Assembly: GCA_002104945.1 (NCBI GenBank)
Contig: MCFH01000010.1
Location: 310,001 to 374,000 of the forward strand
DNA from: Piromyces finnis finn
Lineage: Eukaryota; Fungi; Neocallimastigomycota
DNA: 64,000 bases
Direction: 5' to 3'
Shown here: piece by piece, positions 1-14,229 of the stretch
Layout of the letters: every line of letters begins with the position of its first letter
How positions within the stretch are numbered: the first letter of the stretch is position 1
The notes under the pieces: generated by a model
Seen by the model: the letters and a program-made list of their open reading frames with translations, nothing else
Databases searched by the model: none
What the model was told of the DNA's origin: nothing
Program-made: the position numbers and the translations under genes

Positions 1-1458
1 TGCCTTTTTTCTAATTATTAAAAAGTTATTTAATGTTAATTTAAATAATTTCTAAATGATATATATATATATATTTATATTATCAGTTTTTAATTACTTT
101 ATTAAATCAGGTTGATCAATCATAGTGATTTCAAATACAACACTTTGATATATTGCTATATAATAATTATTTTATTATATTAAATTATTATTTGAAATAA
201 TCAATATATATTATTTCAAATATAAACATATACTTACATTCATCTAATTGTTGATTTCTATCATTTTCAATATAATCCTGTCCTAACTGAATAATGTCCC
301 CCGGTGTTATTTGAACTGGTTCACTTTTACAACCTGGTTTACTGATTCGTTTACCGTTAATAAATGTTCCACCATTGCTTCCAACATCTATAATGAAAAA
401 CTGGTTTAAAATATGTTATTAAAACCTTTATTATTATATGTATATTAAAAAATAGAAAAACTATATACCTTATTGTTTTCAATAAATATTTCAGCATGAT
501 GTCTGGAGACTACTAAACTATTAAAAACAATAAAATGAGAACGATTTTCATTGTTATTTCTTCCTAAACAATATCTATCTTTTAAATCAATTACTAATGA
601 TTCGAAATTTTTACTTCTTGATAATAATTTAACTTTAGAATTAATAATTGATTGATTTAGAATATTAGGGTCAGTTAATATTATTGTTTTATTTTTATCA
701 TATTCATTATTATTTTCATTATTATATATTTTGAAGTAACATTCATCATCATCATCATTTAAAACATAATTTTCACTTAATTTTGATGGACTATTTTTTT
801 CAGATAAAATTTTTTGATGAAGTGATTCAATATAATCAATTTTTTTACCAGATGTTGAATTTTGATTATCACAAATTTCCTTATTTTCATCTATATTTTG
901 TAATGTTTTGTCAATACTGTTATCACTACTACTGTTAGATCCGGATCCTATAGTAAATTCGATACTATCTTTATTACTTAAAACATTTGATTCATTTAAT
1001 TTATTATTGATAAAAGTATTATCAAGTTCTTGAGCAGTTTGACTTCTTTTTAAATTATTTGCATCTTTTAAACTTATTAATTTATTTTTTAATATTTCAA
1101 GTTCTAAAAGTGAATCATTTATTTCATTATTATCCATATTTAAAAGTGTTTCATTGGAAATACTTGATAGTTCAGAAGAAATTTTATTATCTGGTGATAT
1201 AAAAAATTTATTTTCAAAATGGTTTGGACTTGGTGAAACTTCTTCTGAATTAAAGCGAGAATGCAATATTTTATTATTCATAATATGTTTTACTAAACTA
1301 TCTTCATTTTGTTGTTTTTTAAATAATTCTTGTGGTAAATTTGGACGTAGAGGTGAAAATGATTGTGAACTTGATCTTATCATTCCAACTCCACTAACAT
1401 CAGCCAAATATGTCGGTTGATTAGGAATGGACTCTGGTTTTGTATGAATATTTTCCAT
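1..1458 (-). CDS. FHA-domain protein (Dma1/Vps64-like), multi-exon, 3' end runs off the left edge
   Basis: Long low-complexity N-terminus, then an FHA signature across exons: CLGR..FNSLVVSRHHAEIFIE (445-1458 ORF), then FFIIDVGSNGGTFINGKRIS..GDIIQLGQDY (about 236-400, ending at a GTAAG donor), then SIYQSVVFEI (about 100-147). Any RING domain would lie outside the window. Confidence 0.8.
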
Positions 1459-2255
1459 TTTAAATTCCCTTTATTATAATTAAAGATATATATATTTATG
1501 TTTTTCTTCTTCTATGTTATACAAGTTAATATTAATTTTAAAAGATAAAACATATATATATATAAATTATATATATATTATTTGTTTATTATTTATTAAA
1601 GATGCCTCTAAGAAAATATATAACTACTATCAAGTTATATTTAATCTTTGCTACTAATAAATAATATATTTAATTTTTTTTTTTTTTACTTTATTTCTTT
1701 TTTTGGTTTACATATACTTTTCTCTTTTTAATTTAAATTAAAATCTTGTTATAAATAAAGTTTCTTTATGTATCATTTTTTTTATTAAAAAATACTAAAT
1801 TATAAAATTCGATTAGATTAAACAAAATCTAATTCAATAAATCCTATAATTTAGAATTTTATTATAAATTTAATCTAAAAATAATTGTTTTATTTAAACC
1901 ATTAAATTATTGTATAAATAATTAATAATAAATTATAGTAAAATTATATTTAAAGACAATAAATGATTATTTTTGAAAAATAATATAATATATAATATTA
2001 TAATTTTTTCTTAACTTTTTTTTTTTATTTTTTATTTAAGGTTATAATTTTTCGATGAAAGTTTATTAAATAATAAATACAAATTTGAATTTGAATTTAG
2101 ATATATGAACAATATGAATATAATTTTATATTTTTTAAATTTAAAATAATATTTTTTTACTGTTACAAAAATATGCAATAAATGCCATTTATTTCATGTA
2201 AGATAATATTTATTGTTATTTAGTTTTATTATATAATATAGTAAGATATTTTTAT

Positions 2256-5200
2256 TTAATTTGATACACTTGCTTTTTTTTCATCTGCTTTTTCAACAGT
2301 AATATGTTTATTTTTATATTTCAAAAATTTTTCTAATGAAGGTAATTGTGAAAAATGTTCCCTTGCTGCTCTATGCTTTTGTTGGATTTTTCTTATAAAG
2401 TTTTCTTTATATATATCACATAATCCTAAAATTTCATTTCCATTATCATCCAATCTTCTTGGTTTTTTCGGATCTAATTGATATGCTAACATATCGTGAT
2501 TAATGGCTTCTGATTGTGTTAATAAGATACAGTTCCATGGACTAATAGGTTCGTCTTGATTCCATCTTGTTAAAATAAGATTATCAATATTTGAGCTACC
2601 ACTAATAGCACTACTTTTTTGCCAAATAATATCGATAAGATATCTAATTTCATTTTCTTGTAAAATATTAATGATTGAATATTCAAATGATTCACCTTTA
2701 CTTTTTTGCTTAAATTCTTCTTTTGTTCTAATAAGTTGGAGAATTTCTTCATAGTATGAATCATTTTCACGTCTATTTGCAATATTAGAGTTGTTTGTAC
2801 ATTTTCTACATTTTCCGATTTCCTTCATATTAGTAGTTAAATAGAATTCAGTTGAAGGTAAGTATTGTGTACATCCTTCACAATAGTAAACAGGAATCTT
2901 TTGTTTAAGTATATGGTTTGAATCAAGTAACTAAGGTATAAAAAATTAAAATAATAATTTATATTTTAGTATCAATAATTTTATTTTATTAATTAATTTG
3001 TTGAATAATAAAACTTAATATAATAAAATACTTTAATATGTAATGCAGCTTCAGGATTAAATTCTGGTGTTTTAATAAATTGAAGAAATAAATTTGATAT
3101 TCTTTTTCTTAAACCTAATTTATAATCAATTTGTTAATACTAATTAAATTTTTATATTTTTGTTTCCTATAAAATAATATCTACCTTCTAAACTTTTTGG
3201 TTCTCTTCCTCTACTTATTAGATCCCCTTCACGATCAATAAGCTTTATTATTTCTCTTGATAATGCACAATCAAATTCCTTAATATTTATATTATATGTA
3301 TAAATTGGTAAGTATTGGAAAAAAATATATATTCATATATAATATATAACTGTTTTTAAAAGCTCCAATATTTTCTTACTTTTACAGTGTATTTAACTTG
3401 AAGTAAAACTTTTAATCGTTCATCAATTGATATATTATTTAGATTTAAGGCTTGATATATTTCTTTTAATTCCCTAGCCCTTATTATACTTGGGGTATCT
3501 ACTTCTACAATACCTTTTTTTGTTTGCCATTTTTTAGGTGATGACATCTTATTATTTTTTCAATAAGCAAAAAATGTTAATTTTATGTTTAATTAAGATC
3601 AAGTTATTTTAAAGAATATAGTAATATATTTTCCAATATACCTCATTTAATAAATTATTAATATTTCTCTCATGATTTTCTATATTTGCATCTTGCTTTA
3701 GTTTATCAATTTTTTGAATTAATATAGCTTCTTGATCTAAAAGGTTTGCTAATGCAGCTAATCTAATTGGTTCAGGATAATTTGCATTATTAATTTTGTC
3801 TCTTTCTTTTATTCTCCATGCTTAATATATATTGTTAATGTAATAAAAAAACATTAATATATAAAACATATATTTTTAGTACATTTTATAAATATTTTAA
3901 TAAAAATTACATGAAGAAATTTTACTTAATATTAATTTATCAAATTATTTTACGTTATATATCTAAATACTTAAAATATTATTTATGTTAATGATATTTA
4001 CCTTCAAGACCATTATATAATATCTCGAAATCATTTGTGGTTCTTGGATGTAATCTACTTTGAATTTCTTTCTTTCTTTTTCTTTCTAAAAGTTCTTGTC
4101 TCTTTCTTTCTTTCTCATTTTTCATTTTAATAAATTCATCTCTTTCTTTTCTTAATTCGTTAGCAATTCTAATTGCTTTACATTTCCTGAAAAAACATTG
4201 AATTTTAATAACCTATTGTTATTTTTGGTGTAATATTTTAATATTTTGTGTTTTTATATAATATATAATAAATTATATTTCTTATACATTTTCGGTTATA
4301 AAATTTAAACGTTCTTCCGCTGTTATATACTTTTTTGGATAAATTATTTTATCATGATTACTTGATATATAACATCCAGGTTTTGACTAATATAATGTTG
4401 TAAAATATTTAATATATTATTTGTTGCTAATTTTTATTTTTTATAATTAAATTATACCATTTGCGTAGAATGATCTCTAACTGATTGAGAATATCTATTT
4501 TTCCAAAAATATGTTTGAGTATCTCTATGAAATCTTGGTCCATATCCCTGTTATATATATTTTTAGACAATAAACATAAAAAAATTAATTTTATGTGAAA
4601 TAATCAAAGTATTAAAATAATTACAATACCATTGCTCTCTTTTCTTGTGGTGTCGTTGTTTGTGTACTTGCATGAAAATATTCAACATTAGTAATTTTAT
4701 TACGATAACCTCCAAGATATGGCTTACGATACCATTTTGATAAATCAACATTTAATCCATATGAAAATGGATATTCATTATTACCTTCCTCACTATTTTC
4801 TATTTCTTCATCTTCATCAATTTTTTCAGCTTCATGCTCAGCAGAATTTTCTTCACTATCGTCATCATTGATATAATTTGAACTTCCAAAGTCATAGTCA
4901 TCCTCAATTTGTATATTTTTAGGATTTTTGGTTTCGTCATTTTCGTAAAATTCTTCATTTTCGTTTAATTCATTTTTTACACTGGGTATAGTTGTTACAT
5001 AAATTTCGGAATCTATATTAATTAATTTAGAATTTAAATTGAATACCATATATATAGCATAGTATTCAATTTAGTATAAATATCTAACACCACTATAACA
5101 CTATAACATTTATATATATAAAAATAAATATATACTTTTTATATTATTTTTATTTGTAGTATCAAAAGTAATAGATTGGTTTTTTTCATCATCATCCAAA

Positions 5201-5421
5201 TTGACTTTATTAATATCTTCAGTAATTGGTGGATATGTTTCTTCGGTATTATTGCTTTCTAAGTTTAATTCATTAGTTATATCAATTTTTTCATTAAATT
5301 CCTTTGAGTTAATCTCTTCAATTTTTTTTTTATTTTCTTCTTTATTAATTATCTCACTTTTGTTTTCAACATTATTATATTCATTATCCTTATTAATTAT
5401 ATTAATTGTTGAATCTTCCAT
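2256..5421 (-). CDS. IQUB: IQ motif and ubiquitin-like domain-containing protein (radial spoke / flagellar axoneme protein), multi-exon
   Basis: Exons encode [117 protein letters not shown] and [17 protein letters not shown], all typical of IQUB. The start is uncertain because ATG 5421 is preceded by an acceptor-like TAG. Confidence 0.88.
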
Positions 5422-5485
5422 CTATATAAATATATTATTTATATTTAGTTTTTCTATTATACTGTTATTGTTGTTATTTTTTGTA

Positions 5486-5486
<1 letters not shown>

Positions 5487-5526
<40 letters not shown>
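5487..5526. repeat. (TAT)n microsatellite
   Basis: Perfect trinucleotide run just upstream of the IQUB ATG; it produces the spurious poly-Tyr ORF tail. Confidence 0.9.
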
Positions 5527-5529
<3 letters not shown>

Positions 5530-5951
5530 TAAGTAATATATTGTTAATTATTTTTCTGTTTTTTGTTCCAAAGTATTTACTTTGATTTTATTTTTTGTTT
5601 ATATAATATCAAAACATATAAACTTTAAATAGTAATAAAATATACCATAATAATTTAGAATTATTAAAGTTTAAAAATCATTCATCTATGATACTAGTAC
5701 ATATAGTTATTAATGAAAATCATATGATATATATATGTATTTTTTTTTACCATCATCATTACCCGATTGGAAATTTAATTTAATAATCCCATTTTACATA
5801 ACTTCAATACATTATTTTATTTAACACATATATTAAATAAATGCTACTTAATACATATTTATTTTTTTTTTTTTATGTAATAAAATTTTTTTATTAATTT
5901 TTAATTTTTAACATTTATAGATTTTAAAAAAAAAGAAATTATAAATTTATA

Positions 5952-6413
5952 ATGAAAGATCCAACTAAAGAACCTTGCCCATATAGAATAATTAACGATT
6001 GTGGTAGTTCATTTGCAATGGGTGCCATTGGTGGAGGAATATTTAATGCTTTTAAAGGTTTTCGTAATTCTCCAAGAGGTCAAAAATTCTCTGGAATGAC
6101 TACTGCAATTAAAACTAAAGCCCCGATTAGTGCTGGCAATTTCGCAGTTTGGGGTGGTCTTTTTGCAGGTGTTGATTGTACATTATCTAATATCAGAGGA
6201 AAAGAAGATTCATGGAATTCAATTTGGAGTGGCGCTATTACTGGTGGCCTTCTTGCTATGAGAAGTGGTCCAACTACAGCTTGTGCTAGTGCAGTAATGG
6301 GTGGTGTTCTTTTAGCTGTAATTGAAGGTGTTGGTCATGCTATTAATAATGCTAATTCTTCAATGTATAAACCACAACCAGCAACAATTCCTGAAGAAAA
6401 TAAAACAAATTAA
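5952..6413 (+). CDS. TIM17: Mitochondrial/hydrogenosomal inner-membrane translocase subunit Tim17, intronless
   Basis: EPCPYRIINDCGSSFAMGAIGG..FKGFRNSPRG..KAPISAGNFAVWGGLF..DCTL..IRGKEDSWNSIWSGAITGGLLAMRSG is the canonical Tim17 sequence. Confidence 0.96.
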   Translation: MKDPTKEPCPYRIINDCGSSFAMGAIGGGIFNAFKGFRNSPRGQKFSGMTTAIKTKAPISAGNFAVWGGLFAGVDCTLSNIRGKEDSWNSIWSGAITGGLLAMRSGPTTACASAVMGGVLLAVIEGVGHAINNANSSMYKPQPATIPEENKTN

Positions 6414-7271
6414 GATAAATTATAATAATAATTCAAATATTTATTCGAATAAATACGAAAAGAAATTCAAGATTCATATATTATTTATAAAAATAAAAAT
6501 AAAGTAAAAACAACAATATATAAATTATAAACTTAATCTTAAAATAATTAATTCAATGATGCTCATCAAATTGGAAATAATTTAATTAGAATTATTATAA
6601 TATAATACGAGACATATAAATATATGCATAAAAGGGAATACAAAATCTGCTTATAAATTTCATTTTAAATAGAATGAATTATATTTAATTTTAAAATTTT
6701 AATCTCTAGATTTTTTTTACTTTTACAAACTTAAATATTTTTTAATATAATTCATCATTTATTATTAAATAATAATAATTTAATAATCCAATTCAAATCA
6801 GCTTAATACATAAAACTAATAAATAATGTTAACAAATTAAATACTCATATATTTATAGATTGTGTTTATGAATTGTAATTTAAAAAAAAAAAGAACAAAA
6901 TTATAATAATAAAAAATTGTTAAAAATTGTAATATTTATTTATTTATTATTTTTATTTATTTATTTATTTATTTTATCATTATTCATAAAATATTAAATA
7001 TATTTATTTATTATTTTATTTAAATTATTTTTTAGTGATTTTAAATTTTTATTTTATTTTTCGTTTTAAAAACTATTCTATAATTTTTATTTTCTTTTTA
7101 TTTTCTCAATATATATTATTTATAAAGTATTTCGTTTTTTTTTTATTATTATATATATCAATTTTCTTTTTTCTTTTTCATAGACTTTTTTTTTTTTTTT
7201 AGTTATTTATAGTTTTTTTTTTATATATTTTTAATATTTTTATAAGATTTTAAAAATACGATTTTGCTACA

Positions 7272-8843
<1,572 letters not shown>

Positions 8844-9146
8844 TTTTTATATTTTTTTAATTATATATTTTTTAAACTATTTATATAAAAAAGGTATTTA
8901 TTAAATAAAAATGTATTTATATTTTATTATACTTGTAATTGAATATGTATTAATAAAAAAAATTTAAATAAACATTTATATATTTTTTTAATAAAATTTT
9001 TTTTCAATTTCTTTGTCTCTTATTCTTTCCTCCTCTTTTTTATCACTTCCCTTCCTTTACTTTATTTTTATTTTTTTTTTCAAAATGATTATATTGTATA
9101 GCCTTTGAATATTTTTATTATAGATTAATCCTTCATTTCTTAAGCT

Positions 9147-9160
9147 TCTCTCTCTCTCTC

Positions 9161-9190
<30 letters not shown>
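9147..9190. repeat. (TC)n followed by a poly-T tract in the DPM1/NOP9 divergent intergenic region
   Basis: tctctctctctctctctc followed by about 26 T. Confidence 0.85.
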
Positions 9191-9192
<2 letters not shown>

Positions 9193-9976
9193 TTATATCT
9201 ACATTGTTCTGATACTTTATTTAATGATAAAAAAAACAATAGTTTTAAAACATTTTATTACAAAATGTATATTAATTTCTTTAAATAAACAATTTATTTG
9301 AATAATTCTCAAATTGTTTATTCTATATATAATAAACATTATTTTAATTTTTGAATATTAAATCTTTTTATTTATTGTTCTATATTTATATTTCAATACA
9401 GTTTTTCCTTAATAATAAGTTATATATATCCTTAAAATAATATATCTTAATATATATTAATAATACAAATTCTGCGAATAATTACATTTATATTTTTGTT
9501 AAAAAAATAAAGCTTATTTTAATTATACTTAAAATAATTAAAAGAAAAAAAAAAAAGATATGAAAAATTCACTAAAACAAATGATTTGTTAGGTATGTAT
9601 TGTAAAATTTACATTATTTTATTTATTTATAAATAATGTACATAATTATGTATTGCTTTTAACAAATATTAATTATTAAAAATTTATTTAATATTTTATT
9701 TAAATTCAGTAAATTTAATGTATATATAAATAATATTTAATTAAATTTATAATAGTAATGATTTAAATAAATAATGAATAGAAATAAATTTATTTTATAA
9801 TAAAAATTATTTCAAAAACACATTTCTTTTTAAGTTTTCGATCTTTTAAAGTTTTTGTTAAATATGATTGGATAAAATTAAATGTTTTTCAATTTTTCTA
9901 AATTTTAATATTTTATTTTTTTTTTTTTTTTTTATAATTATTTTATAAGTTATATTAATTTTCATATTGATAAAAC

Positions 9977-12900
9977 ATGCCACACGAAAGAAGGAGAAAA
10001 ACAAGAAGAGCGAAGAAGCAAAAGCAAGTCGAAGAGGAAAATATTGAGCAACCACAAAATACAGAAGAAGAAAATTATGATTATTCTCAAGATAACCAAT
10101 ATGATGAAAATTATGAAAATTACGAAAATTATGAAAGTAATGTAGATAATAAAAAAAAATTATTTGATGTTAATAATTGGGACAATGATGTTCAAGCTCA
10201 CTATGGCCGTCCTTCAACAGATATTCTTCAATATTTTTCAAATATAGAAAAAATGCTTTCAGAACAAGAATTTGAAAATGAAGAAGGTATATTAAAAAAA
10301 ATAATAATTATATATATAATAGATTAATATTGATTTTAAAATTCATCATTTATATATTATTGATTTTAATTTAATACTTTTAAAATTTATTAATATAATA
10401 AAATAGAACATGAAATGTTTTTAAATAATATTTATAAAGAAATTGATGGAAATGAATTACAATTAGCAACAGATAAGGAATGTTCAAGAATTATGGAAAA
10501 AATTTTAAGAGTTTCAAATGATGGTCAAATAAGAGTATTTTTAAATCAATTAAATGAAAAGTAAGAATAAATTAAAATTATAAAAATAAACATTATAAAA
10601 TAATAATTTATAATTATTAATTTTAATTTATAATAAAATTCTTTTAAAAAGATATATTGAATTATTTACTCATCGTTATGGTTCTCATGTATGTCAGACT
10701 ATTCTTGTATTAGGTTCAGATATAATTGAAAGAGAAGTAAGAAAATATATAAATTATTATTTAATGCAAAAAAAAAACTTTTAAAGTGTTAATAATAAAT
10801 TAATTTATTTAAAAAGATTAAAGGAGAATCAGTAGTAATGACTTCTGAAGAAAATCAAAACCCACCACCAACTATGCAAGAATTAGTTATAAAGATGTGT
10901 TCTGTAAGAATAAAATTTAATATATAAATTTAAAGAGAAAATATAAATATAAAATATTAATACATGTGCTATATTGTCATTCAATATAAAGATTTTAGAA
11001 GATTATTGGATTCATTTAATATCAAATCAATTTGGTTCTCATCTTTTAAGAGTAATTTTAATGATACTTTCTGGTCAATATATTACATTAGAAAGTAATG
11101 AAGTTAGAAGTAAAAAATCTAAACAATATAATGCTAAAAATAATGCTAATTTCAAAACTTTTGAAGTATGAATACTAATTTTAATATATATATTAAATAA
11201 TATAAGCATAATTCAATATATAATAATACTTAATAATATTTTATTTAAAAAAACAAAAAATATTATTTAATATTATTAGCAAACAAAAAAGAGACAAAGA
11301 TTAGTCCCTGATACATTTAAAGAAATATTAAACAATATTTTAGAAAGATTAACAAAAGATATGGGTGTAACTGAATTACGTGTCTTTTGTGTTAATTCTA
11401 TTGCTAATCCTGTTTTACAAGTAACTTGTCAATAACTAAAAATTAAAATATTATATATTTATAAAAAAATTTTAAATATTTATTATTATCAATTATCAAT
11501 TATTATTTATTAAATTATTCGTATTTATTAATTTAATTTGCATTTGTTTAAATATAAATTTATTTTTATTTTTTTATTCAATATATATAAAATTATAGTA
11601 CTTAGTTAAAATCCAACATGAAAATGAAAATGAATCTATTATAAATAATTTATTTAGTACTAAAGAAGATGGTACAATAGAAAAAGATACATTTGTTAAT
11701 GATTTATTAAAGCATCCAGTTGGTTCACATTTATTTGAAAAAGTTTTAAAATATTCTTCTGACAAAATGTTCCATCAAATATTTATAACATATTTCCATG
11801 GTAATATGATAGAGTTATGTAGAAATAATATTTCTAATTTTGTTGTTCAACATTTGTTAGAAAATGTTAGAAGCGCACAACAGCTTTTAATTATGATTAA
11901 AGAAATTATTCCTGAGTTTGAATTCTTTTTATGTAGGTGTTGAAAGTGTTAAAATTTATAATAAATTTTATACCAAATAAAATGTATTAAATTTGATATA
12001 TATTCAAAAATTAAATTCTTAAGTTAGAGGACGTTCTGGAGTTATTGTTAAATCTATTGAAGCATGTGGAAAATTCAAAGTACAACAGAGAGAAGTTGTT
12101 AATGCTATTAGTAAGGCATTCCATGCAAGTGATAATAGAAAGATAATGATAAAGTTACTTTTAACTTTAAAGAAATATGAAGTAATTATTTTTAATATTA
12201 TAAATATGACTATGAATATAATTAAATATATTTGATTAAATTTATATAATAAAAAATATTTTATATTAATAACATTTAATATTATTTATAGGATTATCAA
12301 AGGGATAACAAAGCTCCATTTTTAATTCAAGGTGCATTAATGATTGAAACTTTATTATCATATGAAGATGGAAATAATAAATTTTTAATTGAAAGGTATA
12401 GTAATTATAAATATAATTTTTGAATTTAATGAATAAAAAAAATTAAAAGGATGTTGGTTTTAATTAATTAAAATAATATTAAATATATAACAATAGTTTA
12501 ATATCCTTAAGTCATAACGAAATTAAGGAATGGGCTACTGATGCTATTGCATCTCGTGTTATTGAATCATTTTTACAAAGCTCTCAAGTTATATTAAAGG
12601 CCAAAAGAAAAATTTTACATATGTTTGATGGTAATTATGGTGAAATTGCATGTAATCGTTATGGCAGTCACTTAGTAGATAAATGCTGGGCAGTATCAGA
12701 TTTAAAGATGAAAGAAAGTATTGCTGAAGAATTACTTGAAAGTGAAAGAGAACTAAATTCAAATTTCCATGGTAAATTTGTATTAAGAAATTGTAAGATT
12801 GAAAGCTTTAAGAGAAATAGACAAGAATGGATTGAACATGAAAATGGATTAGAAAGAAAGAAACAAATGTTTGAAGAATTATTAAATGATGATACACCAG

Positions 12901-13667
12901 CTCAAAAGAAATCATCAAATAAAGAGGAATCTGAAAATATTAAAGGTTCTGGAATTCTTGATTCTGCTCTTTCATCACTTGGTTTTAATAAAGGTTTAGC
13001 ACCGGTTTCTAAAGATAAGAAGAAGAATAAGAAGAAGACGACTGAGAATGTAAATTTTATATTTTATTATAATAAATTATATATATGTAATATAAAATAT
13101 TTATTATAAAATTAAAAATATATTTATATATTTTATTATTTATTATGTTTTAAACAATAAAAATTAAAATAGATGGAATTAGATGATGATAATCAAGAAG
13201 ATAATGTTAGAGCTAAAGAAGATATTGTTAAAACCGATGAAATCGATAAATTATTTAAAAAGAAGAAACAAATTCAAAATAATGTTAGTATTAATAATAT
13301 TAATTATATAAATATTTGTATATTAATTTCATCAAAAGCATCATATTTTAATATATTTTATTGTATAATTAAAATTAATAAAAATTATTATATATTTATA
13401 TTTTGTTAATTTAAGGCTAATAATAAATCAGATTCGGAAAGTGAAAGTGAAGAAGATGTAGAAGAAGAAGAAGAAGTTGAAGAAAAGACAGAAGAAAAGA
13501 AAAAGAAACATAAAAAGAGTAAAAAAGACAAAAAGGAAGCTAAAGATTTAAATATGGTTCTTGAAGCTATTTCATCTACAAAAAAATCAAAGAAAAAGAA
13601 GCGTTCACATAAAAATGATGATGATGAAAAATCTAAGAAGAAACAAAAAAGAAAATTCATGAGTTAA
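9977..13667 (+). CDS. NOP9: Nucleolar protein 9 (Pumilio-like repeat, 18S rRNA maturation), multi-exon
   Basis: Motifs KEIDGNELQLATDKECSRIMEKIL, THRYGSHVCQT, SNQFGSHLLRVIL, HPVGSHLFEKVL, SNFVVQHLLE, ACNRYGSHLVDKCW and ELNSNFHGKFVLRNCKI, followed by a Lys/Glu-rich tail ending KKQKRKFMS* at 13665-13667. Confidence 0.92.
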
Positions 13668-14229
13668 ATTAATAACAAATAGTTTATTTAAAATTAAATT
13701 ATATTAAAAAATTTATTAAAACTAAAAATATAATGGGAATAATATTTATTATTTATTATTAGATATAATTACAACAACAAAAATAAAAAAGTAATTCTTT
13801 TTATTCTTTTTTTTTTTTTTTTTTTATTATTTTATTATAATTATTATTTTTTTTATTATAATTTTTAGAAATAAAGTCATATTATATATATATTTATTTT
13901 TTTATTATGTAATATCTAAGTTATTAAAATAGTAATTATTTTTTCTTAATAATAACAAATAAAAATCTTTATTTATAAATCATTTCATTTAATAATAAGA
14001 AAATAAGAATATTATCTTTAATAATGAAAGGTTTTTATTAAAAAATTTTCTTATATATTTATTATGCTTTTTATTTTTTATTTATTTATTTTTTTTTCCC
14101 TTCTTACAATTATTTTTTTTTTTTTTTTTTTTTTAATTTTAATTTTTTGATAATATTTTGTTTTATTTTATTTTGTTAATTGGTTTTATTGTTTTTTTCT
14201 ATTTATTTATTTTTTATCAATTTAAATAT

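Noticed and set aside
189-222. 13-bp inverted repeat TATTTGAAATAAT/ATTATTTCAAATA in an FHA-gene intron
   Set aside because: It is almost purely A/T and expected by chance at this base composition; there is no MITE-like length or target-site duplication.
1154-5536. Antisense ORFs such as 1154-1420 and 5201-5536 (also 16565-16753, 29878-30102, 32431-32628, 34471-34731, 52521-52826)
   Set aside because: They are shadows of real Asn/Lys/Glu-rich exons on the opposite strand, with hydrophobic Ile/Leu/Phe composition and no motifs.
9561-9570. RRPE-like TGAAAAATTC upstream of NOP9
   Set aside because: The match is imperfect and uninformative in roughly 90% AT intergenic DNA, and no PAC motif was seen.
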